64,000 nucleotides of DNA from a virus (taxonomy: Duplodnaviria > Caudoviricetes). The position numbers and the translations under genes were made by a program. Shown here piece after piece: positions 26,087-36,090 of the stretch. The notes under the pieces are model-generated. The model made no database searches. It had not been told where the DNA came from and was given only the letters and a program-made list of their open reading frames with translations. The DNA lies in IMG/VR virus record IMGVR_UViG_3300035517_000038, positions 1 through 64,000 of that record. One strand, 5' to 3'. The first letter of the stretch is position 1; every line of letters begins with the position of its first letter.

Positions 26087-28279
26087 ATGATTATAAAACA
26101 AGAAACTGCAAACGAAGCACAAGTAATTGGTGACATTGAGAATAACAAAGTTGGTATTGACCGTGCTAACATTGATTTTATTGCTACTCTGTTAACTTCT
26201 AATCTTTATTCTAACCCATTTGAGTCTTTCTTGCGTGAAACCATTTCTAATGCATATGATGCTCAAGTAGAGGCTGGTAATCAAGATAAGAATATAATCC
26301 TGCTAATCCAAGACCATAAAGAAAATTCTAATGAACTGCGTATCTCTATTAGAGATTATGGTACTGGTATATCTCCTGAGAGATTTGACACTATTTATAA
26401 TAAGATTGGTAGCTCTACTAAGAGAGAATCTAATGATTATATTGGTGGTTTGGGTATTGGTAAATTTGCAGGATTATCTTTATCAGATGTAGTAGAAATC
26501 AATAGTTATTACAATGGTACATTGTATAGTTACTTGATGTATAAGAATGGTACAGGTATTCAAATTGATAAAATATCAGAAGAACCTACAGAAGGTGAGA
26601 ATGGTGTTGAAGTATCTGTAGTAATTCCTTATAATAGATACTCATATTCAGAGAACAACAAGAAAGCACAAGCTATTTATAATATGTGCTATTTTGAAAA
26701 TCTTGTTGCTATCTGTACTTCAGAGAAATTTCAATATTTCTCAGCTAAAGACTTTAATGAAAGGACTATTGTAGTAAAAGACAATTATAGTTTCTGTGAA
26801 TTACAATCAGATTGCATAGCACTTAAAGTAGGCAAAGTCTTGTATCCTACTCAAACTTATAATATGGATACTCCTATAAGTAAAGTTGCTATCAATATTC
26901 CTATTGGTTCTGTCACAGTAACTCCTAATAGAGAAAGTCTTATTTATACTGATGAAACATCAAAATTTGTAAATAATAAGTATGAAGCTGCTGTAAATGA
27001 TTTATGTAAAGATATAGCAAATGCTTATAAGAAAGAACTTACAAACTTGTATGAGCTTCAAAAGTTCTTTATAGACCAAGTTTTATATTATAATCCTTGT
27101 ACAGGTGAAATATCGAACAAACAAGTATCTAGGAAATATTATGAAAGAGTTGTAGATAATCTTGGTCTTAAAGATGAGGCTATAAAATTCCTCAGAGGAG
27201 GTTGGATGAATGATTTCGCTATTCCTATGTTGTATGTAATGCGTTATATTAAACTTGGGGATATTTGGAGTATGCCTAAAGGCAGTTATGCTATTCCTTG
27301 CTTCTTTACTAAGTGGCACACTACTTTTAATAGAATATTAATCTTAGATACTGATAAAATAAGTATCAGAACTAAAGCTTGGGCTAATGACCACTATAAC
27401 CTTACTAATACCGTAGTAATGCATATTGATGATGCAAGAGCTTATTTAAAGGCTGCTACTAAAACTCTAATAAGAAAGTATGGATATTCTGCAAGTATCA
27501 TAAGAGCTTACATCAAAGACTTTATTAAATACAATAAAAATCTCTATATCCTAAAAGAGTCAGATATTCCTGAAGATTTTAAAGTCACCAGGTCAGTATC
27601 AATAGCTAAAACTATTAAAACAAATGAAAATGATATTACGGTAGATGAATATGCGGGGAATAGTTATACCAGAACTAATTTAAGACTCTTTAAAAGAAAC
27701 CGTGCTAAAGATACAATTATATATGCTACAAGGTCTAAAGATATGCCTGAATTATTTTTAGCACACTCTAAAATATTTTATCCTAGTTCAGAACATCATT
27801 TAGTTTTTTGTGCTATCTCTAAAGATACTATCAATATTGTCCAAGACTGGAAAAATTGGATTTCTTTTGAGGAATTTATAAAGACTCCTAATAAATATAT
27901 CTCTAGAGTAATGGCAGCTACTGTAATTAGAGCACAACAATTACCTACCTATGCAGAAGCTATATTGAGTGATGAAGTTCGTAGGAAATTAGTATTAAGA
28001 CGTACTTTCCTTAGTAACAATTCTGAAGTTCTGCCTACCGCTCTCAAGGAATATTATACAGAAAGAAAATGGATAGATACTGAAGCAATTGCTTATTATT
28101 GGCTATCTGATGCTATACTGGAGTATATGAAGGCTACTGGTAAAGTAGCTAATGAGGGTCATAAGCTTCTCCAAGCTATTGCTATTGACAGCTTGCCTAA
28201 AGAAACTCTTGTAAAATTACCTGCTTATCTAATGCTTAAGAAAACTAGCAACGAAACTCTTAAAACTATTGTAAAATGA
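26087..28279 (+). CDS. rIIA: rIIA-like protein (GHKL ATPase N-terminus)
   Basis: LYSN...LRETISNAYDA, IRDYGTGIS, STKRESNDYIGGLGIGK; followed by rIIB. Confidence 0.85.
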   Translation: MIIKQETANEAQVIGDIENNKVGIDRANIDFIATLLTSNLYSNPFESFLRETISNAYDAQVEAGNQDKNIILLIQDHKENSNELRISIRDYGTGISPERFDTIYNKIGSSTKRESNDYIGGLGIGKFAGLSLSDVVEINSYYNGTLYSYLMYKNGTGIQIDKISEEPTEGENGVEVSVVIPYNRYSYSENNKKAQAIYNMCYFENLVAICTSEKFQYFSAKDFNERTIVVKDNYSFCELQSDCIALKVGKVLYPTQTYNMDTPISKVAINIPIGSVTVTPNRESLIYTDETSKFVNNKYEAAVNDLCKDIANAYKKELTNLYELQKFFIDQVLYYNPCTGEISNKQVSRKYYERVVDNLGLKDEAIKFLRGGWMNDFAIPMLYVMRYIKLGDIWSMPKGSYAIPCFFTKWHTTFNRILILDTDKISIRTKAWANDHYNLTNTVVMHIDDARAYLKAATKTLIRKYGYSASIIRAYIKDFIKYNKNLYILKESDIPEDFKVTRSVSIAKTIKTNENDITVDEYAGNSYTRTNLRLFKRNRAKDTIIYATRSKDMPELFLAHSKIFYPSSEHHLVFCAISKDTINIVQDWKNWISFEEFIKTPNKYISRVMAATVIRAQQLPTYAEAILSDEVRRKLVLRRTFLSNNSEVLPTALKEYYTERKWIDTEAIAYYWLSDAILEYMKATGKVANEGHKLLQAIAIDSLPKETLVKLPAYLMLKKTSNETLKTIVK

Positions 28280-29376
28280 AAATATTCAGACTAAAGAACA
28301 ATCTTATTATTAACTTTACAAATGGTACTTCTTACAGGAGTACAGATTGTACAGACAAGTTTTTTGCTTCACTAAAAGGAAGAACTGAGCAAGAGATTAA
28401 AGATATTGTTCAGATAGATAAATTTAGTGAACAGGAGATTATCTCAAGGCTCAAGGATTCTAAAATCCTTGAGCAAAGAGGTATGTCTATTATTATGCCT
28501 TCTGTATCTAGTGTAACTCTTCCTATGGATTTGGTTACCAAGATTCTTACAGAGGAGTTCTCAAATGGTAATGTTCAAAAGTATATTAACTTCTGGAAAC
28601 TTGTATCTCTTAATCCTGATGACCGAGTAAGAGCTAATATTTATTGGTTTCTTAAAAGATGGAATGTTGAAATTACTAACGGTGGTCTTTGTGTAGTATA
28701 TAGAAATGCTAATATCAAGACTCGTGGTAAAATCAATACTGATTTTGCTAAATGGATTATTGAGCAGTATTATGACATTAAGTATAATAAGAAAGAAAAT
28801 CCTGCTAATTATTTTGTAAATTCGCTAAGTTTTAATAACTTTGCAGAAACTTACGAGATTACAGATGACCCTGAAGATGAAAATCTTGCTTCATTGTACT
28901 ATGATATTGTCAATAATAAAGCTGATGTAGATACTTATACAGATGCTCATTCAGGTACTACTACTATTAAAATTGGAGAACCTGTACGTATTCCTAGAGA
29001 GGATTGTGATTCCAATCAAGAGAACTCTTGTAGTACAGGTCTTCATGTAGGAGGTAAAGGCTGGCTTAAACAAAACTATTTTGGTTATGTAGGCTTAGAG
29101 TGCTTGGTTAATCCTGCTAATATTGTAGCAGTTCCTACTATTGATGACTATGGTAAACTCAGATGCTGTGAGTATTATCCTGTAGGTATCATTGAGTATG
29201 ATGAGGATGGTGAAATTGTCGATAGAGCTTACTCTGTAGACTATGAGCTTGAAGTTCTCAAGGATTCTCTGTATGACGGAGTAATCAATAATGAAGATGG
29301 TAATCAATTTATCATTGAAACTAATTATATTTCTAGAGAAGATATTTATAATTCTTATACTAAACAAATTGAATAA
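28276..29376 (+). CDS. rIIB: rIIB-like protein
   Basis: FWKLVSLNPD, CSTGLHVG and VNPANIVAVP..DYGKLRCCEY match the T4 rIIB signature. Confidence 0.85.
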   Translation: MKIFRLKNNLIINFTNGTSYRSTDCTDKFFASLKGRTEQEIKDIVQIDKFSEQEIISRLKDSKILEQRGMSIIMPSVSSVTLPMDLVTKILTEEFSNGNVQKYINFWKLVSLNPDDRVRANIYWFLKRWNVEITNGGLCVVYRNANIKTRGKINTDFAKWIIEQYYDIKYNKKENPANYFVNSLSFNNFAETYEITDDPEDENLASLYYDIVNNKADVDTYTDAHSGTTTIKIGEPVRIPREDCDSNQENSCSTGLHVGGKGWLKQNYFGYVGLECLVNPANIVAVPTIDDYGKLRCCEYYPVGIIEYDEDGEIVDRAYSVDYELEVLKDSLYDGVINNEDGNQFIIETNYISREDIYNSYTKQIE

Positions 29377-29378
29377 TT

Positions 29379-29834
29379 ATGAAGAAAACTGTTGTTTCCG
29401 TAACTTCTAACAATCTTAATGATGTGCTCAAAACTCTCAGTGAAGCATTTGGCGTTGAAATTGGTATATTACCTCCTCCTGACTTTGGTCACGATGTTTT
29501 GGCTACTGCCCATGATTTTGACTACTATCATGAGTGTGTTGCTAATAAAGTTGGTATTAAGTCTTCTAATTTGAGGAATATCTTTGTTAAGATTGCTCCT
29601 CATTATATTGAAGGTGTAAAGCAATTCTATTATTGGGAAATTGCTTTGGATATGGATAATCATTATAAAGACCATATCCTTAATTCAAAGGAATTATGGA
29701 TGATTAATCCTCTGCGTCATACACCATATAAGATTGGTGATAGGGAAAATATTAAACAGATGTATAAATTTATTCCCCTCTTCCGTAGTAAGGAAGAATG
29801 TCAAAAAGCTATTGAAATTGTGTGTGGAGAATAA
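29379..29834 (+). CDS. Hypothetical protein
   Basis: 151 aa, C-terminal FRSKEECQKAIE. Confidence 0.65.
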   Translation: MKKTVVSVTSNNLNDVLKTLSEAFGVEIGILPPPDFGHDVLATAHDFDYYHECVANKVGIKSSNLRNIFVKIAPHYIEGVKQFYYWEIALDMDNHYKDHILNSKELWMINPLRHTPYKIGDRENIKQMYKFIPLFRSKEECQKAIEIVCGE

Positions 29835-30273
29835 GAAAATAAAAAATGCAACCTCTACTACAGTTGATGGTGTAGAATTTAAGTCCAAAATGGAAGCCAG
29901 GGTTTATCAAATCCTGGTTTCCGAAGGGCTTAATCCTGAATATGAATCAAAAACCATTACTTTATGGGAAGGGTTTACTCCTACAATACCTTATTATAAA
30001 AAAACTAAAGGCTCTTTAAACTATCTAGAGAAAGCTAAAGTTAGAAATATTACATATACACCTGACTTTTATTTCAACTATAATGGTTTAAATGTCTATA
30101 TAGAAGTTAAAGGTTTTGTTAATGATGTATTCCCTGTAAAAAAGAAAATGTTTAGGAAATACTTAGAAGAGAAAGAATCTCCTGCTATGGTATTTGAAAT
30201 ATATACATTAACACAGTTGAAGGATGCACTATTAAAGATTAAATCTTATGGCAGCACTCCTAGCAAGAATTGA
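29821..30273 (+). CDS. PD-(D/E)xK endonuclease (DUF1064/endonuclease I-like resolvase)
   Basis: VDGVEFKSKMEA, YTPDF, IEVKG; start uncertain. Confidence 0.75.
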   Translation, partial: CVENKKIKNATSTTVDGVEFKSKMEARVYQILVSEGLNPEYESKTITLWEGFTPTIPYYKKTKGSLNYLEKAKVRNITYTPDFYFNYNGLNVYIEVKGFVNDVFPVKKKMFRKYLEEKESPAMVFEIYTLTQLKDALLKIKSYGSTPSKN

Positions 30274-30526
30274 GGAGCTTTTAAAATATCTCCCAAAGAA
30301 AGACTATAAAATAGCTAATTACTACCTTTTAAACAGAGATTGGCAAAGTCTACTTGAAATTGTTAACTCTGACATCTATTTAGCTGAAAAACACCAAGCG
30401 AAAAATGATAACCCAGAATGGGAATCTATACAAGTAGATGAGTTACATGAACTTCGTGCTACTATAGAGGAGTTTGTGATTACTATCTATGGAGAATTAG
30501 ATTTCTATTCAGATTTAGAAGAATAA
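30248..30526 (+). CDS. Hypothetical protein
   Basis: 92 aa ORF. Confidence 0.65.
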   Translation: MAALLARIEELLKYLPKKDYKIANYYLLNRDWQSLLEIVNSDIYLAEKHQAKNDNPEWESIQVDELHELRATIEEFVITIYGELDFYSDLEE

Positions 30527-30527
30527 T

Positions 30528-31577
30528 ATGACAAAAAGTTTAAAAGACCTCGCCCTTCCTATTACTGAAGAAGAGTATAGAGCAGATGATGCTCTATCAT
30601 ATTCTACTTTAGCTAAATTTGATAGAGAAGGTTTTAACAATCTTGGTAAACTCTTTGATAGAGTTGAAACATCATCATTGACATTTGGCTCTGCTGTAGA
30701 TAGTATTCTAACTGGTGGAGATGAAGAGTTCAATGAAAGATTTATTGTGGCTGAATACATGGAAGAAGTTCCAGCAGCTATTTCTAATGTAGTACGATAT
30801 TTGTACAAAGAACATCCTGAAGTAGATAAACTTGCAGATATTTATGATACCTTTATCATAGAGGCTACAGAAACTCTGCAGTATCAGCTTAATTGGAGGC
30901 CTGAAACCAGGGCTAAAGTTATTAAGGAGAAAGGTTCAGAACTATTCCAGTTCCTTAAAATGGCTGATGGTAAGCAGATTTTAACTCAAAGTACATATAC
31001 TCAAGTAGTAGCAGCAGTAAATGCTTTACGAGAGTCTGAAGCTACCAAATTCTATTTTGCTGAAGATAATCCTTTTGAGAATGTTGAAAGGTTGTATCAG
31101 CTTAAGTTTAAAGGTAGAGACCCTAAAACAAATATCCCTTATCGTTGTATGATGGACTTATGTGTGGTAGACCACGATAATAAAATTATCATTCCCTGCG
31201 ACCTTAAGACTTCACACAAGCCTGAATGGGATTTCTATAAATCATTTGTAGAATGGAGATACCATATTCAGGCAAGGCTGTATTCCCGACTTCTGAAACA
31301 AGCTATTGAAAAAGACCCCTATTTTAAAGACTTTAAAATTGATAATTATAGATTTATAGTAGTCAATAAAGAAACTTTAACTCCTATGGTTTGGGTTTAT
31401 GAAAACACTCATACTGAAGGTACTGTTAAATATGGTCCTAATCAAGAATATGAGCAGCATGACCCCTATGCTATAGGTGAAGAGCTTACCTACTATTTAG
31501 ATTCACAACCTAAGACTCCTGTAGGTATAGAGCCTAATGATATAAACTCCATTGATTACTGGTTAAACAAAAAATGA
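30528..31577 (+). CDS. RecE/ExoVIII-like PD-(D/E)xK exonuclease
   Basis: EYRADDALSYS, FGSAVD, RCMMD...DLKTS, YHIQARLY. Confidence 0.8.
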   Translation: MTKSLKDLALPITEEEYRADDALSYSTLAKFDREGFNNLGKLFDRVETSSLTFGSAVDSILTGGDEEFNERFIVAEYMEEVPAAISNVVRYLYKEHPEVDKLADIYDTFIIEATETLQYQLNWRPETRAKVIKEKGSELFQFLKMADGKQILTQSTYTQVVAAVNALRESEATKFYFAEDNPFENVERLYQLKFKGRDPKTNIPYRCMMDLCVVDHDNKIIIPCDLKTSHKPEWDFYKSFVEWRYHIQARLYSRLLKQAIEKDPYFKDFKIDNYRFIVVNKETLTPMVWVYENTHTEGTVKYGPNQEYEQHDPYAIGEELTYYLDSQPKTPVGIEPNDINSIDYWLNKK

Positions 31578-31584
31578 ATAAGTT

Positions 31585-31896
31585 ATGCGTGACAACAAAG
31601 CCCTAGAATGGTTAGATAATAATGAACTCTCTTATAATATCTGGGAAAAGAAATATAGACACAATGAAGAATCTTTTGACGAATGGTTAAACCGAATTTC
31701 TAACAATAATGAACAACTAAAGGGAGCTATTGTTGCTAAGAAATTTATATTTGGAGGTCGTATTCTCGCTTCTAGAGGAGTAACTGATAGAAAGGTTACA
31801 TATTCTAATTGCTATGTAATTGCACCTCCTGAAGATAACTTAGAATCAATTTTTGAGTGTGGAAAAAAACTTGCAAGAACGTACTCTTATGGGGGT
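31585..31896 (+). CDS. nrdJ: Class II (B12-dependent) ribonucleotide reductase, exon 1
   Basis: FIFGGRIL, TYSNCYV; ends ...YSYGG. Joining to exon 2 restores GGGCGID. Confidence 0.9.
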
Positions 31897-32703
31897 GAAC
31901 ACACAGCAATGCTCCCTCACACAGTAATGTGTGCATAAAAAACTTAGTGAACCTACAGATGTAGGGTGTTAATTAAATATTAATTAGCTAACGGTGGACA
32001 TCCTTAAAGGACAATACCGTGCTTTATATGTATAATTATGGAAAGTATGATTCCAGAAAATTTAAGACCTATACCTGGATTTTTAGGCTACTACATTACT
32101 AATGATGGTAAAATATTTTCAAATAGAAAATATAAGAAATTAGTAAAAATAATAGGAAAAGAAGATAAAGACGGGTATATGGAAATAGGTTTATACAAGA
32201 ATAAAAAGAGGTATTTTAGAAGAATACATAGACTAGTATTAGAAGCTTGGAGTTCTAATCCTAATAACTACACACAAGTTAACCATATAGACGGTAATAA
32301 GAAAAATAATCATATTTCTAATTTAGAATGGTGTACTTGTGAGTATAATATAAATCATTCTTTTAAAGTTCTTAATAGAAAACCTACCATATCTACTAAT
32401 AAAAAAGTAATTCTTACAAATAAAAGAACTAACGAAAGTAAAATGTTCTTTAGTATAAAAGAATGTGCTAAATATTTAGGTATATCTTACGAGCATTTAG
32501 GTAGAATATTATCTACACAGTATGATATAAACAAAAGTAGAAAACTTAAATTTTACTCTATACAGTATGAAGTATAACGACTATCCCATAAGGGAGTACA
32601 TAGAAGGTGCAATTCCTACTATGGAAGTGCTAAGCCCCTGCTTGCAGGGTGAAGATATAGTCTATTCCCCTACTAAATATCGGGAAACCGAGGGTATTAA
32701 AAG
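31897..32703 (+). mobile_element. Group I intron in nrdJ
   Basis: P1 GGGGGU/GCUCCC with U.G at 31896; P10 CACAGC pairs with exon-2 GCTGTG; P7 GACTAT/ATAGTC; GGTGAAGATATAGTC; terminal G at 32703; splicing keeps the frame. Confidence 0.9.
32038..32577 (+). CDS. Intron-encoded HNH homing endonuclease (NUMOD4-HNH-NUMOD1 type)
   Basis: IPGFLGYYITNDGKI, IHRLV, VNHIDGNKKNNHISNLEW, C-terminal FFSIKECAKYLG. Confidence 0.9.
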   Translation: MESMIPENLRPIPGFLGYYITNDGKIFSNRKYKKLVKIIGKEDKDGYMEIGLYKNKKRYFRRIHRLVLEAWSSNPNNYTQVNHIDGNKKNNHISNLEWCTCEYNINHSFKVLNRKPTISTNKKVILTNKRTNESKMFFSIKECAKYLGISYEHLGRILSTQYDINKSRKLKFYSIQYEV

Positions 32704-34608
32704 GGCTGTGGAATTGATGTTTCAAAACTTGCTCCAAAAGGAGCCAAAATACATAATGCAGCAAATACCACTAGTGGTAGTACCTCTTTCATGGACTTCT
32801 TTTCCTACATTACTGGTCTCATTGGACAAGATGGAAGAAGAGGAGCACTTATGATTTCTATCTCCTGTGAGCATCCTGATGTAGAAGATTTCATCAATCT
32901 TAAGAGTGACCTTAATATTTGTACTAAGGCTAATATCTCTGTAAGGGTTACTGATGAATTTATGAAAGCTGTTAGAGATGATAAATACTGGGTATGCAGT
33001 TTCCATAGACCTGAATCTGATGAAACTATTCAGAAAATGTATAAAGCTAAAGATTTATTTAGACTCTTAGCTAAAAGAAACTGGGAAATGGCAGAACCTG
33101 GTATCCTCTATTGGGATAATATTACTAAGTACAATCTGCTGGATAAGCATAAAGACTTTGAATATGCAGGTACAAACCCCTGTGCTGAAGAACCGTTACC
33201 TGCAGGTGGTAGTTGTCTTTTAGGTTCTATAAATTTATCAGAATTTGTAAAAAAGCCTTTTACTTTAGAAGCTGAAATTGACTGGGATTCTCTTATTAAA
33301 ACCACTAGATTAGCTGTTAGGGAGCTTAATAATGTCCTTAATGAAGGCCTTGAACTTCACCCTCTGCAAGAACAACGTGACTCTGTTAGAGATTGGAGAC
33401 AAATAGGTCTTGGTATCATGGGTTTGGCAGATATGCTTATTAAGCTCAATAGAAGCTATGATAATGTTCAAGGTAGACAAGTAGCAGAGAATGTTATGCG
33501 AGTAATTTCCTCAACTGCTATTGGAGAATCTGCTAGATTGGCTGAAAAATATGGCTGTTTCCCTAAGTGTGATATTGACGCACTTACGGCTTCATCATTC
33601 TATAAGACACTGTTACCACATTTGAGTAATATTACTATTGAACGCATTAAGAAATATGGTTTATACAATTCTCAATTACTTACTTGTGCGCCCACTGGTT
33701 CTATTGGTACTATGCTTCAGTGTTCTACTGGTATTGAGCCTGTATTTGCTTTCAGTTATAATAGAACCACAAAATCTCTTCATGGGAAAGATGAGGTCTA
33801 CAAAGTATATACTAAAATAGTAGAAGATTACAAGAAAGCTACTGGTAATGAAGAATTGCCTAGCCAATTTATTGAGTCTAAGGATATAGCACCTCTTAAT
33901 AGAGTATTAATGCAAAGTGTTATTCAGAACTTTGTAGATGCTTCTATATCTTCAACTATCAATCTTCCTGAATCTGCTACTATTGATGAAGTAGAAGAGA
34001 TTTATATGGCAGCTTGGAAATTCGGGCTTAAAGGAGTTACAGTTTATAGACAAGGTTGCCAAAGAGAGGGTATTCTGAATGTAGAAGATAAACCTAAAAT
34101 TGTGTCAGAATCTTCAGCACCTAAGAGACCTAAGACTCTTGTAGCAGAGAATCAAGTTGTGGTAGTTAAGGGTGAGAAATATCTAATCTCTGTCGGATTA
34201 TTAGATGAGAAGCCTTATGAACTATTTATTACTAAATTAGGTAGGACTGTACCTAAAGAATGGCATTTCTTTGGTAAAATTATAAAGATAGCTAAAAAGC
34301 ATTATGCTTTAGAGTCAATGTATTGCTGCATTGACCATCTTGGGCATGATAGTACTCCTGAGATTAAGACTTCTGCTCTTTATATTTCTATGCTCCTTAG
34401 ACATGGTGTTGATATTAAATTTATTATTAAAACAAGCAAGAAGGTAAATAATCTTGTAACCTCCCTGAGTGCTGCTATTACTAGAGTATTATCTAAGTAT
34501 CTTCCTAAAGAAGTTACAGGAGATAAATGCCCAGAGTGTGGAGAAGCTCTTATTAATGAAGGAGGTTGTATTCATTGTCCTTCTTGTGGTTGGAGCAAAT
34601 GTAGTTAA
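32704..34608 (+). CDS. nrdJ: Class II ribonucleotide reductase, exon 2
   Basis: GRRGALM, TNPCAE (thiyl Cys), APTGS, GLKGVTVYR, C-terminal TSCPD-like domain and Zn ribbon. Confidence 0.92.
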   Translation, partial: GCGIDVSKLAPKGAKIHNAANTTSGSTSFMDFFSYITGLIGQDGRRGALMISISCEHPDVEDFINLKSDLNICTKANISVRVTDEFMKAVRDDKYWVCSFHRPESDETIQKMYKAKDLFRLLAKRNWEMAEPGILYWDNITKYNLLDKHKDFEYAGTNPCAEEPLPAGGSCLLGSINLSEFVKKPFTLEAEIDWDSLIKTTRLAVRELNNVLNEGLELHPLQEQRDSVRDWRQIGLGIMGLADMLIKLNRSYDNVQGRQVAENVMRVISSTAIGESARLAEKYGCFPKCDIDALTASSFYKTLLPHLSNITIERIKKYGLYNSQLLTCAPTGSIGTMLQCSTGIEPVFAFSYNRTTKSLHGKDEVYKVYTKIVEDYKKATGNEELPSQFIESKDIAPLNRVLMQSVIQNFVDASISSTINLPESATIDEVEEIYMAAWKFGLKGVTVYRQGCQREGILNVEDKPKIVSESSAPKRPKTLVAENQVVVVKGEKYLISVGLLDEKPYELFITKLGRTVPKEWHFFGKIIKIAKKHYALESMYCCIDHLGHDSTPEIKTSALYISMLLRHGVDIKFIIKTSKKVNNLVTSLSAAITRVLSKYLPKEVTGDKCPECGEALINEGGCIHCPSCGWSKCS

Positions 34609-34609
34609 T

Positions 34610-34807
34610 ATGTCTGGATGTTTATATGCACAAGCAGGTTCTCAATTTTGTGAAACTTGTCCCATGCTTGCTGAATGTCAAGAAGCCGAACTACAAGCAG
34701 ATAAAGAAGATGCTGCTTATTGGCTTCGTCAGAAAGATATTGCTAAAAAATACGCAGAACAGCTAAATAGAGAAAGGCAAAATATGAAAGATTTATTATG
34801 GAACTAA
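34610..34807 (+). CDS. Small Cys-rich hypothetical protein
   Basis: ATG at 34610 (MSGCLYAQAGSQFCETCPMLAEC...); the track start at 34469 overlaps nrdJ. Confidence 0.55.
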   Translation: MSGCLYAQAGSQFCETCPMLAECQEAELQADKEDAAYWLRQKDIAKKYAEQLNRERQNMKDLLWN

Positions 34808-35043
34808 AAGATACAATCAATTGGATGGCCTCTAATAATTACAAAGAGAGGTTTATTGCTGAATATCAGCAATTGAAAATTCGTATTCACAGTTTAGAGA
34901 AGCTACTGGAAGATTGGTCAAAAGGCAAGTTGGAATTTCAACCAACTTGCCCTAAAGACCTTCTTAAAGAACAATTATGGAGCATGAGAGAATACAGAAA
35001 GTGTTTAAGAAAACGTGCTCTTATTGAAAATATTAACCTTTAA
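34798..35043 (+). CDS. Conserved small phage protein
   Basis: YKERFIAEYQQLKIR...L..QL..M.EY..CL..RA..E.I.L, a common phage family motif. Confidence 0.7.
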   Translation: MELKDTINWMASNNYKERFIAEYQQLKIRIHSLEKLLEDWSKGKLEFQPTCPKDLLKEQLWSMREYRKCLRKRALIENINL

Positions 35044-35056
35044 AATTGATTTAAAT

Positions 35057-35596
35057 ATGAAAATTAAAATAAAACTTCTTGACGGTCAACAGATTCCCGC
35101 AATTATTAAAAAGGGAGATTGGATAGACCTTAGGGCTGCTGCAGATATTGATTTTAAAGCCCCCAGTTTAAATGAAGAATTTATCAAATGCAAGAGAAAT
35201 GCTGATAAATTAGAGTGTAATAATGTATTATTTCAATATGCATTGATTCCTCTTGGTGTATGTATGGAACTTCCTAAGGGTTATGAGGCTATCCTTGTAT
35301 CTCGTAGTAGTACCCCTAAGAAATATGGTATTATGATGCCTACAGGTTTTGGTGTCATTGATAATTCATACAATGGAGACTCTGATGAGTGGATGATGCC
35401 TGCTATCTCTCTTAAGCCTACATCTATTAACTTTGGTGACCGCATTTGCCAATTCCGTATTCAGCTTTCTCAAAAGGCTACAATGTGGCAAAAGATTAAG
35501 TGGTTGTTTACCAGTAATATTAAATTTAAAGTTGTAGAAACTTTAGGTAATACTGATAGACAAGGTATTGGTGAAGGTACCGGACACAATGACTAA
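35057..35596 (+). CDS. dut: Trimeric dUTPase
   Basis: WIDLRA, SRSS, GVIDNSYNG, GDRICQF, RQGIG; ATG at 35057. Confidence 0.9.
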   Translation: MKIKIKLLDGQQIPAIIKKGDWIDLRAAADIDFKAPSLNEEFIKCKRNADKLECNNVLFQYALIPLGVCMELPKGYEAILVSRSSTPKKYGIMMPTGFGVIDNSYNGDSDEWMMPAISLKPTSINFGDRICQFRIQLSQKATMWQKIKWLFTSNIKFKVVETLGNTDRQGIGEGTGHND

Positions 35597-35622
35597 TTAC
35601 TAATCAAACTTAATTTATTCAT

Positions 35623-36090
35623 ATGATTCTGACATCTATTTCTATAGGTGTTTCTATTGTGCTTGCTACTATTTTAGTAGCAGGCACTTTTAAGAAATAC
35701 AAATACACATACAATTTCGCAAAAAACTTTGAAACCTGTGGTCTTATTGTTATGCCATTTTATAATAATGGTAATCAATATAACTTCATTATAGACACTG
35801 GAGCTTCTCAATCTCATATATCATCCACTGTGGCACCACTCATTAGAGGTGCTCGAAGAAAAGAATGTTATAATATCTTTGGTATTGGCAATGAAACTAT
35901 AGAAGAAGCTATTATTACTACTCTCAGATATAAAGATAAAGTCATGAATGTTAAGGTGTATCCAGCAAAAGCTCTTGATAATAGCTTTGTTCATGTTAAA
36001 ATGCCTGTTCATGGTATTCTTGGTAGTGATTTTATTATTAAAAATAAAATAGTTATTGATTCTACTAAACAAACACTTATATTTAAATGA
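35623..36090 (+). CDS. Membrane-anchored retropepsin-like aspartic protease
   Basis: N-terminal TM helix; FIIDTGASQS and GILGSDF motifs. Confidence 0.8.
   Translation: MILTSISIGVSIVLATILVAGTFKKYKYTYNFAKNFETCGLIVMPFYNNGNQYNFIIDTGASQSHISSTVAPLIRGARRKECYNIFGIGNETIEEAIITTLRYKDKVMNVKVYPAKALDNSFVHVKMPVHGILGSDFIIKNKIVIDSTKQTLIFK

Noticed and set aside
32567-32854. 95-aa ORF in the track
   Set aside because: It overlaps the group I intron core and nrdJ exon 2 in another frame; spurious.
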